Origin: Rhodospirillales bacterium | GTDB lineage: Bacteria > Pseudomonadota > Alphaproteobacteria > Rhodospirillales > Casp-alpha2 | Assembly: GCA_021775325.1 (NCBI GenBank) | Contig: JAJFID010000298.1 | Span: forward strand, 1-49,625 | DNA length: 49,625 nucleotides | Direction: 5' to 3' | Shown: piece by piece, positions 20,524-32,893 of the stretch | How the letters are laid out: each line of letters begins with the position of its first letter | How positions within the stretch are numbered: position 1 is the stretch's first letter | Notes under the pieces: model-generated | What the model saw: only the letters and a program-made list of their open reading frames with translations | The model's database searches: none | Told to the model about the DNA's origin: nothing | Made by a program: the position numbers and the translations under genes

Positions 20524-20560
20524 ATAAGGATTGCCGATCACACTGATAATATCAATCGAT
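20524..20560. promoter_or_regulatory. candidate OxyR operator in the oxyR-catalase divergent region
   Basis: ATAA-GGATTGC-CGAT-CACACTG-ATAA-TATCAAT-CGAT: four 4-mers separated by exactly 7 nt each. This mimics the OxyR ATAG-N7-CTAT-N7-ATAG-N7-CTAT architecture with 3/4 matches per element. Confidence 0.4.
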
Positions 20561-20635
20561 TTTACTGATTAATAGCCCGTTGCTAGCTTTGTGATGTCAA
20601 CGTCACCAACATCTGAGCAACAAGGAAACGATCCA

Positions 20636-22072
20636 ATGAGTAAATGCCCTTACATGACGGCTGCAAATGGCAGCCCTATATCTGACAACCAGAACAGCAT
20701 GACCGCCGGACCGAGAGGTCCATTGCTGGCGCAGGACTGGCAACTGTTTGAAAAGCACGCGCACTTCAATCGCGAGCGCATCCCAGAACGTATTGTCCAT
20801 GCCAAAGGATCAGGTGCTTATGGCCAACTGACCATAACAGGCGACATTACCAAATATACCAAAGCCAAAGTGTTTGAAGTCGGACAGAAAACTGAATGCT
20901 TTCTGCGGTTTTCGACAGTTGCCGGAGAAAAGGGCGCTGCAGATGCAGAGCGTGACGTGCGCGGCTTCGCGGTGAAGTTCTACACCGAGGAAGGCAACTG
21001 GGACATTGTCGGCAACAATACACCGGTGTTTTTTATTCGCGATCCGTACAAATTTATGGATTTCATCCACAGTCAGAAACGTGATCCCAGAACGAACCTG
21101 CGCTCGAGTGCAATGCAATGGGACTTCTGGTCACATGCCCCGGAGGCGCTGCATCAGATCACCATTCTGATGTCGGATCGCGGTCAGCCCGCATCTTACC
21201 GCCACATGAATGGGTACGGCTCGCATACCTACAGCCTGATCAACGCCGAGGGTGAGCGTTTTTGGGTGAAGTTCCATTTCAAGACGGAGCAGGGCCAGAA
21301 AGTTAACGCGAACTCGCGCGTCGCTGAAATCGTTGGCAATGACCGTGAAAGCCATCAGCGCGACCTGGTCGAAGCCATCGACAGTGGCAACTTCCCAAAA
21401 TGGAAACTGAAAGTACAAGTCATGACAGAAGCACAAGCCGAACAAACGTCCTACAATCCGTTTGACCTGACCAAGGTCTGGCCGCACAGCGAGTTCCCCC
21501 TGATTGATGTGGGAACCATGGAGCTCAACCGAAATCCGGAGAATTACTTTGCCGAAGTCGAGCAAGCCGCTTTCACACCGGCCAACATTGTACCCGGGAT
21601 TGGTCATAGCCCCGACAAAGTATTGCAGATGCGTGTTCTGTCTTACGGGGATGCCCAGCGATATCGCATTGGTGCCAATCACCAGCACCTGCGGGTGAAC
21701 GCTGCGCGTTGTCCGGTACAGAATTATCAGCGCGATGGTGCCATGCGGTTCGACGACAATGGTGGCGGGGCAGTGAATTACGAACCTAACAGCTTCGGCG
21801 GGCCCGTCGAGAATCCATCTGTCAAAGAGCCACCACTTGCCATCTCGGGTTATGCCTATCGATATGACCACCAGGTCGGCAACGACGACTTCACCCAGGC
21901 GGGCAATCTGTTCAGGATCATGCCTGCAGATGAGCAGGGCCGCCTGATGGACACCATCGCCGGTGCCATGGACGGCGTGCCGAGCGACATTCTGGAACGA
22001 CAGATCGGATATTTCCGGAAAGCCGACCAGGCCTACGGGGATGGCATTGCGATGCGGTTAGGCATGATTTGA
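20636..22072 (+). CDS. katA: monofunctional haem catalase (small-subunit type)
   Basis: [36 protein letters not shown] (distal His), [21 protein letters not shown], and [12 protein letters not shown] (proximal Tyr region). Start set at ATG 20636 (AAGGAA 8 nt upstream). Alternative in-frame starts at 20591 and 20594. Confidence 0.95.
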   Translation: MSKCPYMTAANGSPISDNQNSMTAGPRGPLLAQDWQLFEKHAHFNRERIPERIVHAKGSGAYGQLTITGDITKYTKAKVFEVGQKTECFLRFSTVAGEKGAADAERDVRGFAVKFYTEEGNWDIVGNNTPVFFIRDPYKFMDFIHSQKRDPRTNLRSSAMQWDFWSHAPEALHQITILMSDRGQPASYRHMNGYGSHTYSLINAEGERFWVKFHFKTEQGQKVNANSRVAEIVGNDRESHQRDLVEAIDSGNFPKWKLKVQVMTEAQAEQTSYNPFDLTKVWPHSEFPLIDVGTMELNRNPENYFAEVEQAAFTPANIVPGIGHSPDKVLQMRVLSYGDAQRYRIGANHQHLRVNAARCPVQNYQRDGAMRFDDNGGGAVNYEPNSFGGPVENPSVKEPPLAISGYAYRYDHQVGNDDFTQAGNLFRIMPADEQGRLMDTIAGAMDGVPSDILERQIGYFRKADQAYGDGIAMRLGMI

Positions 22073-22121
22073 GGTCTCTAGCCATACACAGTGCGTAAAT
22101 GCTGGTGAAACGGGCGACGTA

Positions 22122-22157
22122 TACCGGGGTTCTTTCAGGAGCCCCGGTTGCTGTTTG
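22122..22157 (+). terminator. candidate intrinsic terminator after the catalase gene
   Basis: ACCGGGG (22123-22129) pairs with CCCCGGT (22142-22148), extendable by 3 to 4 more pairs (2 Watson-Crick, the rest G-U wobbles). Followed by the T-rich TGCTGTTTGT. Lies 50 nt after the stop. Confidence 0.45.
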
Positions 22158-22213
22158 TAAACGAAACAGGCCGCCGCAATATCACGCGCCTGGGAGATTC
22201 TATCAAACCTGGA

Positions 22214-22852
22214 TCAAAGCGTCGTTTTGGCCTTGTACTTGCAAAACTCGATAACAGCACAGGACATGCAGTCAGGTTTGCGGGCCTTGCAGGTATATCG
22301 CCCGTGCAGGATCAGCCAGTGATGAGCGTGCAGACCCCATTTTTCAGGCGTACGCTTGAGAAGCTTTTTCTCCACTTCCAGCGGATTTTTGCCCGGTGCC
22401 AGACCGGTGCGATTGCTGACCCGGAAGACGTGTGTATCGACGGCAATGGTTGGCTCACCAAAGGCCACGTTCAGTACAACGTTAGCCGTCTTGCGGCCAA
22501 CGCCGGGCAGCGCTTCAAGCGCCGCCCTGTCAGCCGGGATTTCGCCATCATGTTCGTCAATAAGCATCTGCGACAGCTTGATGACGTTCTTGGCCTTGGT
22601 GTTATAGAGGCCGATGGTCTTGATGTAGTCCTTTAGTTTTGACTCCCCCAACGCCACCATCTTTGCTGGCGTATCCACAGCCTGAAACAAGGGTCCCGTT
22701 GCCTTGTTCACGCCCACATCCGTGGCCTGCGCCGAAAGCGCCACGGCCACAACCAACGTATAGGGATTGGTCCAGTTTAGATCACTGGTAGGATTGGGAT
22801 TGATCTGGGCGAGGCGGCGATAAAACTCGTCAATATCGGCAATTTTGACCAT
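22214..22852 (-). CDS. nth: endonuclease III
   Basis: 212 aa. HhH-GPD block LPGVGRKTANVVL...VDTHVFRV and C-terminal 4Fe-4S cluster motif C..RKPDC..C....C. Confidence 0.95.
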   Translation of the reverse strand: MVKIADIDEFYRRLAQINPNPTSDLNWTNPYTLVVAVALSAQATDVGVNKATGPLFQAVDTPAKMVALGESKLKDYIKTIGLYNTKAKNVIKLSQMLIDEHDGEIPADRAALEALPGVGRKTANVVLNVAFGEPTIAVDTHVFRVSNRTGLAPGKNPLEVEKKLLKRTPEKWGLHAHHWLILHGRYTCKARKPDCMSCAVIEFCKYKAKTTL

Positions 22853-22915
22853 GTGTTACTGTGCCAAGTGCAGGCATGATTTGCAAGGTTTGCCGGAATT
22901 TGGCACTCTTGATGT

Positions 22916-23419
22916 ATGGCCCAAGGTTATGAATACGCAGATGAAAACACGGGCGTCCTGTTTCGGACTGTGCTGAAACCACGGCGCAGCACCACACGAG
23001 CGCACCTGAACACGGTTATTCTAGTGTTTGCGATCGTTTCCATTCCTGCCAGCGTTGTGTTTGCCATTATCGGAGCCTGGCCCGTGTCGGGCTTCCTGGG
23101 GCTGGATGTGGTTCTGCTTGCCGTGTTCCTGCGGTATCACCACTGGGTCGGCCGGTCTCGCGAAATCATAGAGCTGAGCCACCAGGTACTGACAATCAAG
23201 CGAAACGACCACTGGGGCAGGCAACGATCCTGGCAGTTGGACCCCCACTGGTTACGTGTGCATCTTGAGGAGCTGGACGAACATCGCAACAGGTTGGAGC
23301 TGCGGCTACGTGATCGTGCATTCGATATCGGCAGCTTCCTGAGTACGGAAGAAAAGGCGGGACTTGCGACGACCTTGCGTCAGGAATTGGCACAGGTTTC
23401 CCTGTTGCAGCGGGCCTAG
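22916..23419 (+). CDS. DUF2244-like integral membrane protein
   Basis: 167 aa with two TM helices after a roughly 30 aa N-terminus, then HWLRVHLEE...RLELRLRDR. Resembles the DUF2244 family from memory. Confidence 0.55.
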   Translation: MAQGYEYADENTGVLFRTVLKPRRSTTRAHLNTVILVFAIVSIPASVVFAIIGAWPVSGFLGLDVVLLAVFLRYHHWVGRSREIIELSHQVLTIKRNDHWGRQRSWQLDPHWLRVHLEELDEHRNRLELRLRDRAFDIGSFLSTEEKAGLATTLRQELAQVSLLQRA

Positions 23420-24222
23420 GAAAAACCCAGCACGTCCTTCATGGAGTAGAGGCCCGGCTCACGTCCGGCCGTCCACAATGCCGCGCGAATGGCACCATTG
23501 GCATAAATCGTACGAGATGATGCTTTATGAGCGATCTCGATACGTTCACCTTCGCCTGCAAAAATCACCGTGTGGTCACCCACCACATCGCCGCCGCGTA
23601 ACGCGGCAAATCCGATATCGCCGGATTTTCGCGGCCCGGTGTGACCATCGCGAACCCGTTGGGAAACGTCGCCCAGATCGACGCCGCGCCCGGTAGCGGC
23701 AGCCTCTCCGAGCATCAACGCAGTACCGGACGGGGCATCCACCTTGTGGCGGTGGTGCATTTCAACGACCTCAATATCGAAGTTCTCCCCCAAAACGCCG
23801 CTGACCTGTTCGACCAGGCCCATCAGCATGTTAATACCGACACTCATGTTGCCGGCACGAACAACAACCGTCTGTTTGGCCGCCGCTTCCAGTTGCGCCA
23901 ACTGGTCTGCATCCATGCCCGTGGTGCCGACAATCAGTGCGGTGCCCGTATCAGCAGCCAGTCGCGCATGCATGACCGTGGCCATAGGTACCGTGAAATC
24001 AATCACCGTATCGCACACATCAAACAAGGCTTTAGGATCGTCACCAACAAGAGTGCCAGTGTCGCCGTGACCGAACAGGGATCCGGCATCTCGACCAACA
24101 GCATCGTTACCCGTGTGTTCCGTACCGCCCGCGAGCGCCGTACCATCAGTGGATAAAATCGTTTCCATCAGCATACGGCCCATACGACCAGCACACCCGA
24201 CCACACCAATTTTCATGCCCAT
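23416..24222 (-). CDS. dapB: 4-hydroxy-tetrahydrodipicolinate reductase
   Basis: 268 aa. MKIGVVGCAGRMGRML Rossmann start, EMHHRHKVDAPSGTAL catalytic block, and C-terminal GLYSMKDVLG. Confidence 0.95.
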   Translation of the reverse strand: MGMKIGVVGCAGRMGRMLMETILSTDGTALAGGTEHTGNDAVGRDAGSLFGHGDTGTLVGDDPKALFDVCDTVIDFTVPMATVMHARLAADTGTALIVGTTGMDADQLAQLEAAAKQTVVVRAGNMSVGINMLMGLVEQVSGVLGENFDIEVVEMHHRHKVDAPSGTALMLGEAAATGRGVDLGDVSQRVRDGHTGPRKSGDIGFAALRGGDVVGDHTVIFAGEGERIEIAHKASSRTIYANGAIRAALWTAGREPGLYSMKDVLGFS

Positions 24223-24350
24223 ACTCCTCGTAACCAGCCAGCGGACTTCAAGTCATAGGAAATTGATGGCGAATTATCCAGTCAGGAATTCGGAAGCAGG
24301 TGGTCAATGTAGGTAGCGGTGGTCCCGAGGAACAGATGATGACGGACATC

Positions 24351-25484
24351 TTACTCCGTCAGGTCGTCCCAGAATTCTTTGACCTTGGAAATAAACCCAT
24401 GGGATTCGGGATTGTGGGTCTTGTCGTTTTTGCCCGCCTTGTCGAACTCCGCGAGAATATCTTTCTGCTTTTTCGTCAGCTTCTGCGGCGTTTCAACAAA
24501 TACCTGGACAAACATATCGCCGCGCGCCCGGGAACGCAGAATGGTCATGCCCTTGTCTTTCAGCCTGAACTGGTGACCGGTGGTGGTGCCTTCCGGAATT
24601 GTCACCCGAGCACGTTTGCCGTCCACTGTCGGCACCTCGACCATGCCGCCAAGTGCCGCCGTGGTCATGGGAATAGGCACACGACAATGGATGTTGGCGC
24701 TGTCACGCTGGAACAGACGATGGGATTTGATGGAGATAAAGATATAGAGATCGCCTGCAGGTCCGCCACGCAGTCCTGCCTCGCCTTCTCCTGACAGACG
24801 GATACGGGTTCCATCCTCGACGCCCTCGGGAATCGTAACTGACAGATTCTTTTCCTTCTGCACGCGCCCGGCTCCACCACAGGTACGGCACGGGTCTTTT
24901 ATGACCTGGCCCTGACCGCCACAGGAAGGACAGGTCCGTTCCACAGTGAAAAATCCGGATTGTGCCCGAACCCGGCCGGCACCGTGACAGGTGCCGCAAG
25001 TGGCGGGAGCCTTGCCTTCCGCTGCTCCCGATCCTTTACAGGGATCGCAGGGTACTGAGGTGGGAACGCGAATATCTGTCTTTTTGCCCTTGAAAGCGTC
25101 TTCTAGGCTGATTTCCATATTGAAGCGCAGATCCGAGCCCTGGCTGACGCTGGGCCCTCGTCGACCACCGCCCGCCTCGCCGAACATTTCTTCGAAAATG
25201 TCTCCGAAGCCGCCGCTAAAGCCGCCGAAGCCGCCCGCACCTTGTCCACCGCCGCCATTCTCGAAGGCGGCATGTCCAAACCGGTCGTAGGCCGCGCGCT
25301 TCTGATCGTCCTTCAGGACGTCATAGGCTTCGTTCAGTTCCTTGAATTTGCGTTCCGCTTCGGAATCGTCAGGGTTACGATCCGGGTGGTACTGCATGGC
25401 CAGCTTGCGATATGACTTTTTCAGCTCGCCATTGTCGGCATCTTTGCCCACTCCCAGGATGTCGTAGTAGTCATCCTTGGCCAT
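24351..25484 (-). CDS. dnaJ: molecular chaperone DnaJ
   Basis: 377 aa. J domain DYYDILGV...YHPDRNP, a G/F-rich region, and four CxxCxGxG zinc-finger repeats. Confidence 0.97.
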   Translation of the reverse strand: MAKDDYYDILGVGKDADNGELKKSYRKLAMQYHPDRNPDDSEAERKFKELNEAYDVLKDDQKRAAYDRFGHAAFENGGGGQGAGGFGGFSGGFGDIFEEMFGEAGGGRRGPSVSQGSDLRFNMEISLEDAFKGKKTDIRVPTSVPCDPCKGSGAAEGKAPATCGTCHGAGRVRAQSGFFTVERTCPSCGGQGQVIKDPCRTCGGAGRVQKEKNLSVTIPEGVEDGTRIRLSGEGEAGLRGGPAGDLYIFISIKSHRLFQRDSANIHCRVPIPMTTAALGGMVEVPTVDGKRARVTIPEGTTTGHQFRLKDKGMTILRSRARGDMFVQVFVETPQKLTKKQKDILAEFDKAGKNDKTHNPESHGFISKVKEFWDDLTE

Positions 25485-25517
25485 GAATCGTTACCCCTGT
25501 GTGTCCAGTGAAAGCTC

Positions 25518-25537
25518 GGAAAACGCGAGAAGGGCGA

Positions 25538-25553
<16 letters not shown>
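25518..25553 (-). terminator. stem-loop centred on the dnaK stop codon (possible partial terminator/attenuator between dnaK and dnaJ)
   Basis: Perfect 10-bp GC-rich stem 25528-25537 / 25542-25551 (AGAAGGGCGA / TCGCCCTTCT) with a 4-nt loop that contains the TAA stop. On the minus strand it is followed by CGCGTTTTCC. Confidence 0.45.
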
Positions 25554-27574
<2,021 letters not shown>

Positions 27575-27662
27575 TCAAATGCGGCGGACTAATTGGTATG
27601 GCTTAGCCACAATTGACGGTTCAGTGTTGTTTGCACTAAAAAGTGCGTCTTTCCGGGGCGTT

Positions 27663-27691
27663 ATATATGTGGATGTACGCTGCTTCGCAAC
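27663..27691 (-). promoter_or_regulatory. weak candidate sigma-32-type promoter upstream of dnaK
   Basis: Minus strand reads GTTGCG-N13-CCACATAT, against E. coli-type CTTGAA-N13-15-CCCCATNT. The -10 matches 7/8 but the -35 only 3/6. Confidence 0.25.
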
Positions 27692-27763
27692 CGAAACCAT
27701 GCTGAAAACATGGATATTTTTTTGAAACCCTCAACGGTTTTTCGACGTATGGCGTGCGTCCGG

Positions 27764-28558
27764 TTACAATTCCTCGTCAAATTGCTCGCCGGGCGCTCCG
27801 GAACGTGGATCGTAAGCCGTTGACCCAGCGGATGAATCTGCTGGCTCTTCCGGTGCCACAGGCGCCTCGTCCTGACCGGCAGCATCGGACTTTGGCCCGC
27901 CTTTTGTGATACCGACCTTGGCCGGACGCAGGGCGCGGTCATGCAACATGTACCCTGCCTCGATCTCCTGGCCGATTGTCTTTGCCGGCTGATCCGGGTC
28001 ATCGTACTCAAACATGGCTTCGTGAAAATTAGGATCAAACTTCTGTCCGATTGTTTCCATGCGCCGGATGTTGTTGCGCTCGAACGCGGTTAGCAACTCA
28101 CGTTCGGTCATTTCCACACCAATCATCAGATTTTCCAAGGCTGGATTTTCCTTACGCGTCTCGGCATCCACGCTATCGAGCGCCCGACGCAGGTTATCGA
28201 CGACGCTCAACAAATCGCGGGAAAAGTTTGAAACGGCGTATCTGGCTGTATCTTCCTTATCTCTTTGTGCGCGACGACGGACGTTTTCAGTTTCAGCCAC
28301 AGCCCGCAGCAATTTGTCATGACTGGAGGCAAGTTCCGCCTCCAGACGCGCGATATCGGCTTCCGGCGTGCTGGTGTCATCACCATCCAACGCAAACGTG
28401 ACTTTTTCGTCGCCGTCGGGGTTGTTTTCGCCACCGGAATCCTCGACCGCTGGACTGTCGGCCGCGTCTGCAACAGTATCATCGTTCGCAAGTTGTTCCA
28501 CCTCGACAGAATCAGCAGAGGTTTCCTCGGGTTCCATATTCTCGGGTATCTGGGACAT
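27764..28558 (-). CDS. grpE: nucleotide exchange factor GrpE
   Basis: 264 aa. Acidic N-terminal tail, then LLRAVAETENVRRRAQRD, the FDPNFHEAM block and RPAKVGI, which are typical GrpE. Unusually long acidic and low-complexity tails at both ends. Confidence 0.93.
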   Translation of the reverse strand: MSQIPENMEPEETSADSVEVEQLANDDTVADAADSPAVEDSGGENNPDGDEKVTFALDGDDTSTPEADIARLEAELASSHDKLLRAVAETENVRRRAQRDKEDTARYAVSNFSRDLLSVVDNLRRALDSVDAETRKENPALENLMIGVEMTERELLTAFERNNIRRMETIGQKFDPNFHEAMFEYDDPDQPAKTIGQEIEAGYMLHDRALRPAKVGITKGGPKSDAAGQDEAPVAPEEPADSSAGSTAYDPRSGAPGEQFDEEL

Positions 28559-28615
28559 CGTTGGTCTGTACTCCCTTGACCATGCATCTGAATATCTGTG
28601 TCGGGCTGTATATCG

Positions 28616-29653
28616 TCAGCCGACAAGTTTTCCAATCAGTTTTGCTGTGTAATCCACAATGGGTATAATCCGCGCATAGTTCATGCGCGTGGGGCCTATA
28701 ACACCGATGGCCCCCACAATCTCTTCACGGGCGTTTTGATAGGGACTCACAATTACCGAACAGCCCGCCATATTGAACAATGAGTTGCTGGCACCAATAA
28801 AAATCTGAACGCCCTCGGCAGTATCGGCCAGCGACAGAATTTTCAGCATGGTTTCCTTGCGCTCAAGTGCATCGAACAGGGTTCGGATGTGCTCCAGGTC
28901 GGCTTGCGCGGACATGTCTTCCAGCAAGTTGGCCTGTCCGCGCACAATCAGCGTCCCGTTTTGGGCGCCATCCCCGGACCAACTGGCGAGTCCGCTTTCG
29001 ACAACTTTGGCTGTCAGGCTATCAAGCTGTACCTGATGGTCTTCGAGCTCGGCCATAATACCATCGTAGGCTTCCGACATGGTGCGGCCAACCAAACGCG
29101 TGCCCAGATAGTTTGTCGCCTCAACCAGCGATGACGGCGGCAAGCCCGGCGGTGCTTCGATAACCCGGTTTTCCACAACGCCGTTTTCCGTCACCATGAC
29201 CACAAGGGCGCGGCCTGGACTCAGGCTGACAAATTCGATGTGGCGCAGGGGCGTGTCAGTCTTTGGTGCCATAACAAGGCCGGCGCAGCCGGAAAGGCCC
29301 GACAGGGCTGACGACGCTTCTTCCAGCATGCCCTTCACGCTGTTGCCGACGGCGGCACACTGGCCCTCAATGCTTTCGCGTTCTTCGTTGGTAATGTTGC
29401 CCACTTCCAGCAGACCATCCACGAACAATCGCAGGCCGGAATCGGTGGGAATGCGACCTGCGGACATGTGGGGTGCATACAGCAGGCCAGCATCCTCCAA
29501 ATCCGCCATCACATTGCGAACAGTGGCGGGTGAAAGCTTTGATCTGAGCATGTTTGACAGGGTACGCGAGCCGATAGGATCGCCGGTTTCCAGATAAGAA
29601 TCCACGATCTGACGGAAAATGTCGCGTGAGCGCTCGTTAAGGTCCGTAATCAT
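28616..29653 (-). CDS. hrcA: heat-inducible transcription repressor HrcA
   Basis: From ATG 29653: MITDLNERSRDIFRQIVDSYLETGDPIGSRTLS is the canonical HrcA winged-helix N-terminus. About 345 aa. The ORF-track start at 29821 adds 56 implausible residues. Confidence 0.9.
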   Translation of the reverse strand: MITDLNERSRDIFRQIVDSYLETGDPIGSRTLSNMLRSKLSPATVRNVMADLEDAGLLYAPHMSAGRIPTDSGLRLFVDGLLEVGNITNEERESIEGQCAAVGNSVKGMLEEASSALSGLSGCAGLVMAPKTDTPLRHIEFVSLSPGRALVVMVTENGVVENRVIEAPPGLPPSSLVEATNYLGTRLVGRTMSEAYDGIMAELEDHQVQLDSLTAKVVESGLASWSGDGAQNGTLIVRGQANLLEDMSAQADLEHIRTLFDALERKETMLKILSLADTAEGVQIFIGASNSLFNMAGCSVIVSPYQNAREEIVGAIGVIGPTRMNYARIIPIVDYTAKLIGKLVG

Positions 29654-29756
29654 TCGGGGAATGTAGTCTTGCAGTTGCGGGCCGTCAACGCAGGGGCTGG
29701 CAATACGGAAACCGGAACCTATACTCCGGGTGATGATAGGTAATCCGGAGATACTC

Positions 29757-30863
29757 ATGGCTGATCGTTTCGATACAACAGGCACTGAACACACCATGAA
29801 AGCAGTGGTGACAAAGGGCAACGGTGGTTATGACATGCTGGATTATCGTGATGTTCCAGTCCCGGTCCCGGGCCCGGGTGAGTTCCTGCTCAGGGTGCTG
29901 GCGGCAGGAGTCAACAACACTGAAATCAACACACGGCTCGGGTGGTATTCTTCTTCCGTGACGGCCGATACGGAAAAAGCTGCGGCGGAACAGGAAGAAG
30001 AAGCCTCTCCCAAACAAGACGGTGGCTGGAATGCAGAAACGCCGTTTCCGTTTATTCAGGGCACCGATTGTTGCGGGAGCGTAGCCGATATAGGGCCGGA
30101 TGGTGATGACAAAATGCTTGGCGCACGCGTGCTGGTCCGCGCCAGCATACGCACACATGGGTTTGGGTCACTGGAAAATATCTGGATGGCATCGGACTTT
30201 GACGGCGCATTTGCGCAGTTTGTGAAAGTGCCTGCGAGCGAGGTTTTTGCCGTTGACTGTGACTGGCGCGATGACGAACTCGCCACCATTCCCTGCGCCT
30301 ACGGTACGGCGGAAAATATGATTCACAGGGCTGCGGTCACAGATCGCGACCATGTGCTGGTAGCAGGCGCATCGGGTGGTGTGGGCTCCGCCGTCGTTCA
30401 GTTGGCGAAACGGCGCGGTGCGACGGTCACGGCAATCGCCGGTCAGTCAAAGATGGATGCGGTTCGGGCACTGGGCGCTGACCGGGTCATTGAACGCAAT
30501 GACAATGTGATTGAGGCGCTCGGCGAAAAATCAGTAGACGTGGTTATCGATAACGTAGCCGGAGCTAACTTCGGCAGTTTGCTGAAGGTGATGAAGCGCG
30601 GCGGCAGATACGCATCGTCTGGCGCAATTGGCGGCCCCATGGTTGAAATGGACATGCGGGATTTCTATCTGAAAGACCTCAGTCTGATCGGTTGCACGGC
30701 CTGGGATGAACCCGTGTTTCCAAACCTGATTGGGTATATAGAACGCGGTGAAATCCGTCCGTTGGTGGCAAAGACCTATCCCCTCGATCAGATTGCTGAA
30801 GCTCAACGGGAATTCCTTGAAAAACGACACGTGGGCAATTTCGTGCTGATCCCGCCGAACTAG
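29757..30863 (+). CDS. zinc-type alcohol dehydrogenase / quinone oxidoreductase family (MDR) protein
   Basis: MKAVV...GPGEFLLRVLAAGVNNTE N-domain and GASGGVGSAVVQLAKRRGA Rossmann motif. ATG 29757 is preceded by GGAG (6 nt spacer). Confidence 0.85.
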   Translation: MADRFDTTGTEHTMKAVVTKGNGGYDMLDYRDVPVPVPGPGEFLLRVLAAGVNNTEINTRLGWYSSSVTADTEKAAAEQEEEASPKQDGGWNAETPFPFIQGTDCCGSVADIGPDGDDKMLGARVLVRASIRTHGFGSLENIWMASDFDGAFAQFVKVPASEVFAVDCDWRDDELATIPCAYGTAENMIHRAAVTDRDHVLVAGASGGVGSAVVQLAKRRGATVTAIAGQSKMDAVRALGADRVIERNDNVIEALGEKSVDVVIDNVAGANFGSLLKVMKRGGRYASSGAIGGPMVEMDMRDFYLKDLSLIGCTAWDEPVFPNLIGYIERGEIRPLVAKTYPLDQIAEAQREFLEKRHVGNFVLIPPN

Positions 30864-30959
30864 CGCTACATTGACTCGTGCTTCTCTCAAAATGCCGGTA
30901 CAAACCATCATGAAATGTGTTGCCGAAACTCACCGCCGCAGAGGATTGAGTAAAACCTG

Positions 30960-31919
30960 ATGCCCCTGCCCGCCTTCGGCGCAGAGCCCGCCACAACAGC
31001 AACACCGTCACCCATTCACGGCATCGTCTGTCTGATCGCCGCAGTGTCCATCCTGTCCGTGCAGGACGTGGTCATACGTTTTCTGAGTGGCGATTACCCC
31101 GTTCATGAAATTGTCTTTATCCGCACTTTTGCCTCGCTGATACCGGTTCTTCTGATCGTCCGGTATGAAGGTGGCCTCGAGGCGCTTAAAACAAACAAGG
31201 TTGGTTTACAGATCGTTCGCGGCTGCTTTGCGTTCACCGCTTACACCCTGTTCTATCTGGGAATCGCCTCGTTGCCACTGGCAACCGCCATAACAATATT
31301 TTTCGCCGCACCTCTGATAGTTACGGCGCTCTCAATGCCTTTGCTCAAGGAGCACGTGGGCATTCATCGATGGTTTGCGGTGATCGTTGGGTTTATCGGT
31401 GTGATTCTGATGACTGAACCTCAAGCAGGCGAGTTTTCCTGGGGTAGTATTTTTGCTCTTGGCTCTGCATGTTGTTATGCGTGCGTCATTCTGACAACAC
31501 GTCTGATGGGTGGAACAGAAAGTTCATCTGGCATGGCGTTCTACAGCATCCTCATCTACATCGCCCTGAGCAGCGTCATCGGTTTGAGCATTGGTGATGG
31601 ATCATATTTGATGGCCGGTCAGGAAGATCTGGATTTCCTGTTGCGGGCCTGGGTCATGCCTTCACCGGAGGATTTCGGCTGGATTGCGCTCTGCGGACTG
31701 ATCTGGGGTACCGGTTTCTATTTGCTGTCCCGCGCCTACATGGTTGCCTCAGCCGTCATTATCACGCCATTCGAGTACGTCTCATTACCGTGGGCCGTAA
31801 CCTGGGGATATGTATTCTGGCAGGAGGTCCCTACCGCAGTTGCGTTATCGGGACTGGCGCTGATCGTTGGGGCCGGCCTCTACATTCTCCATCGGGAGGC
31901 AAACGCGAAAAACGCCTAG
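30960..31919 (+). CDS. DMT-superfamily (EamA-like) transporter
   Basis: 319 aa with about 10 TM helices in a two-fold EamA repeat pattern. Confidence 0.8.
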   Translation: MPLPAFGAEPATTATPSPIHGIVCLIAAVSILSVQDVVIRFLSGDYPVHEIVFIRTFASLIPVLLIVRYEGGLEALKTNKVGLQIVRGCFAFTAYTLFYLGIASLPLATAITIFFAAPLIVTALSMPLLKEHVGIHRWFAVIVGFIGVILMTEPQAGEFSWGSIFALGSACCYACVILTTRLMGGTESSSGMAFYSILIYIALSSVIGLSIGDGSYLMAGQEDLDFLLRAWVMPSPEDFGWIALCGLIWGTGFYLLSRAYMVASAVIITPFEYVSLPWAVTWGYVFWQEVPTAVALSGLALIVGAGLYILHREANAKNA

Positions 31920-31995
31920 TGCTGGATACACCATGCCGTCGTGGTCATAATGAACACATCGCACATCAATGGGGCAAGGTAGGAATGAAGCGGCT

Positions 31996-32790
31996 ATGAC
32001 CCAGGAAAAGTTGACCTTTGCCAACGAACATGGACACCAGCTCTCGGCCCGCCTCGATACACCGGACGAGCGCGTCCCACGTGGATTTATTCTGTTTGCG
32101 CATTGTTTCACGGGCTCAAAAGATGTGCTGGCGGCCGCCCGTATCGCCAAAGCTTTATGGTTACGGGGTTTTGCCGTGTTTCGTTTTGACTTCACCGGCC
32201 TCGGCGAAAGTGAAGGCGAATTTGCCAACACAACGTTTTCGTCCAACGTCGATGACCTGGTGGCTGCAGCCGCTTATCTGCGCGACAATCATGACGCGCC
32301 AGCCATGTTGATCGGCCACAGTCTGGGAGGTGCCGCAGTGTTGGCGGCGGCGGGAAAAATTCCGGAAGCGCGTGCCGTTTGCACTATTGGCGCACCTGCG
32401 GAGCCGGAACACGTGGCTCATCATTTCGCTGACCACCTGAGCACGATCGAAGACGAGGGCGAAGCAGAGGTCGCCATCGGCGGCCGGGCATTCAAGATCA
32501 AGAAATCCTTCATTGACGATATCGAGAGCCATCGGCTGGACAAGTGTGTGGCTGGATTGCAAAAGGCTTTGCTCATATTCCACAGCCCTATCGACAGCAC
32601 TGTAGGGATCGAGAATGCACGCCATATCTACGAAGCCGCACGCCACCCCAAAAGTTTTGTCACACTTGACGGCGCAGACCACATGCTGACAAACCGCGCA
32701 GATGCCTATTACGTGGCCGAAGTCATCAGCGCCTGGGCCAACCGATATGACGAAACGGGATCGCGTAAGGAACGGCGGGACCCTGATTGA
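31996..32790 (+). CDS. alpha/beta hydrolase
   Basis: FAHCFTGSKD ..., nucleophile elbow IGHSLGG, and late DGADH acid/His region. Start ATG 31996, with an alternative at 31969. Confidence 0.75.
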   Translation: MTQEKLTFANEHGHQLSARLDTPDERVPRGFILFAHCFTGSKDVLAAARIAKALWLRGFAVFRFDFTGLGESEGEFANTTFSSNVDDLVAAAAYLRDNHDAPAMLIGHSLGGAAVLAAAGKIPEARAVCTIGAPAEPEHVAHHFADHLSTIEDEGEAEVAIGGRAFKIKKSFIDDIESHRLDKCVAGLQKALLIFHSPIDSTVGIENARHIYEAARHPKSFVTLDGADHMLTNRADAYYVAEVISAWANRYDETGSRKERRDPD

Positions 32791-32893
32791 CGGTCCGTTG
32801 TGCAGGAGCCGTTTGAGGCCTTTACGCCACACGCCACGCCCTGTAGGTTCCGCCTGAATATCGCGCTTGAACACAATTTCAATGGAGACCTGT

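Noticed and set aside
22901-22915. Sigma-54-like TGGCAC-N5-ATGT upstream of the DUF2244 gene.
   Set aside because: The -12 element lacks the conserved GC (it reads TGT), and the motif abuts the ATG, so a transcript would start inside the coding region.
24274-24282. DnaA-box-like TTATCCAGT downstream of dnaJ.
   Set aside because: A single 7/9 match with no cluster, no AT-rich unwinding element and no origin-type gene context.
27603-27646. CIRCE-like fragments (TTAGCC..., GCACT-AAAA-AGTGC) between grpE and dnaK.
   Set aside because: Only a 5-bp stem with a 4-nt loop, and a poor match to TTAGCACTC-N9-GAGTGCTAA in both arms and spacing.
29654-29821. Long N-terminal extensions in the ORF track (hrcA to 29821, kinase to 15054, 2OG oxygenase to 42490, comM from 42281, gshB from 39728, rph from 32867).
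   Set aside because: These are longest-ORF artefacts. In each case an internal start aligns with the conserved family N-terminus. For most of them, though not the 2OG oxygenase, that internal start also has a better Shine-Dalgarno.
31996-32790. Possibility that the alpha/beta hydrolase is a truncated form of the bifunctional hydrolase/OsmC proteins.
   Set aside because: Only about 100 bp follow the stop before rph, and there is no OsmC-like remnant in any frame. Stand-alone versions exist, and I cannot establish truncation without a database comparison.
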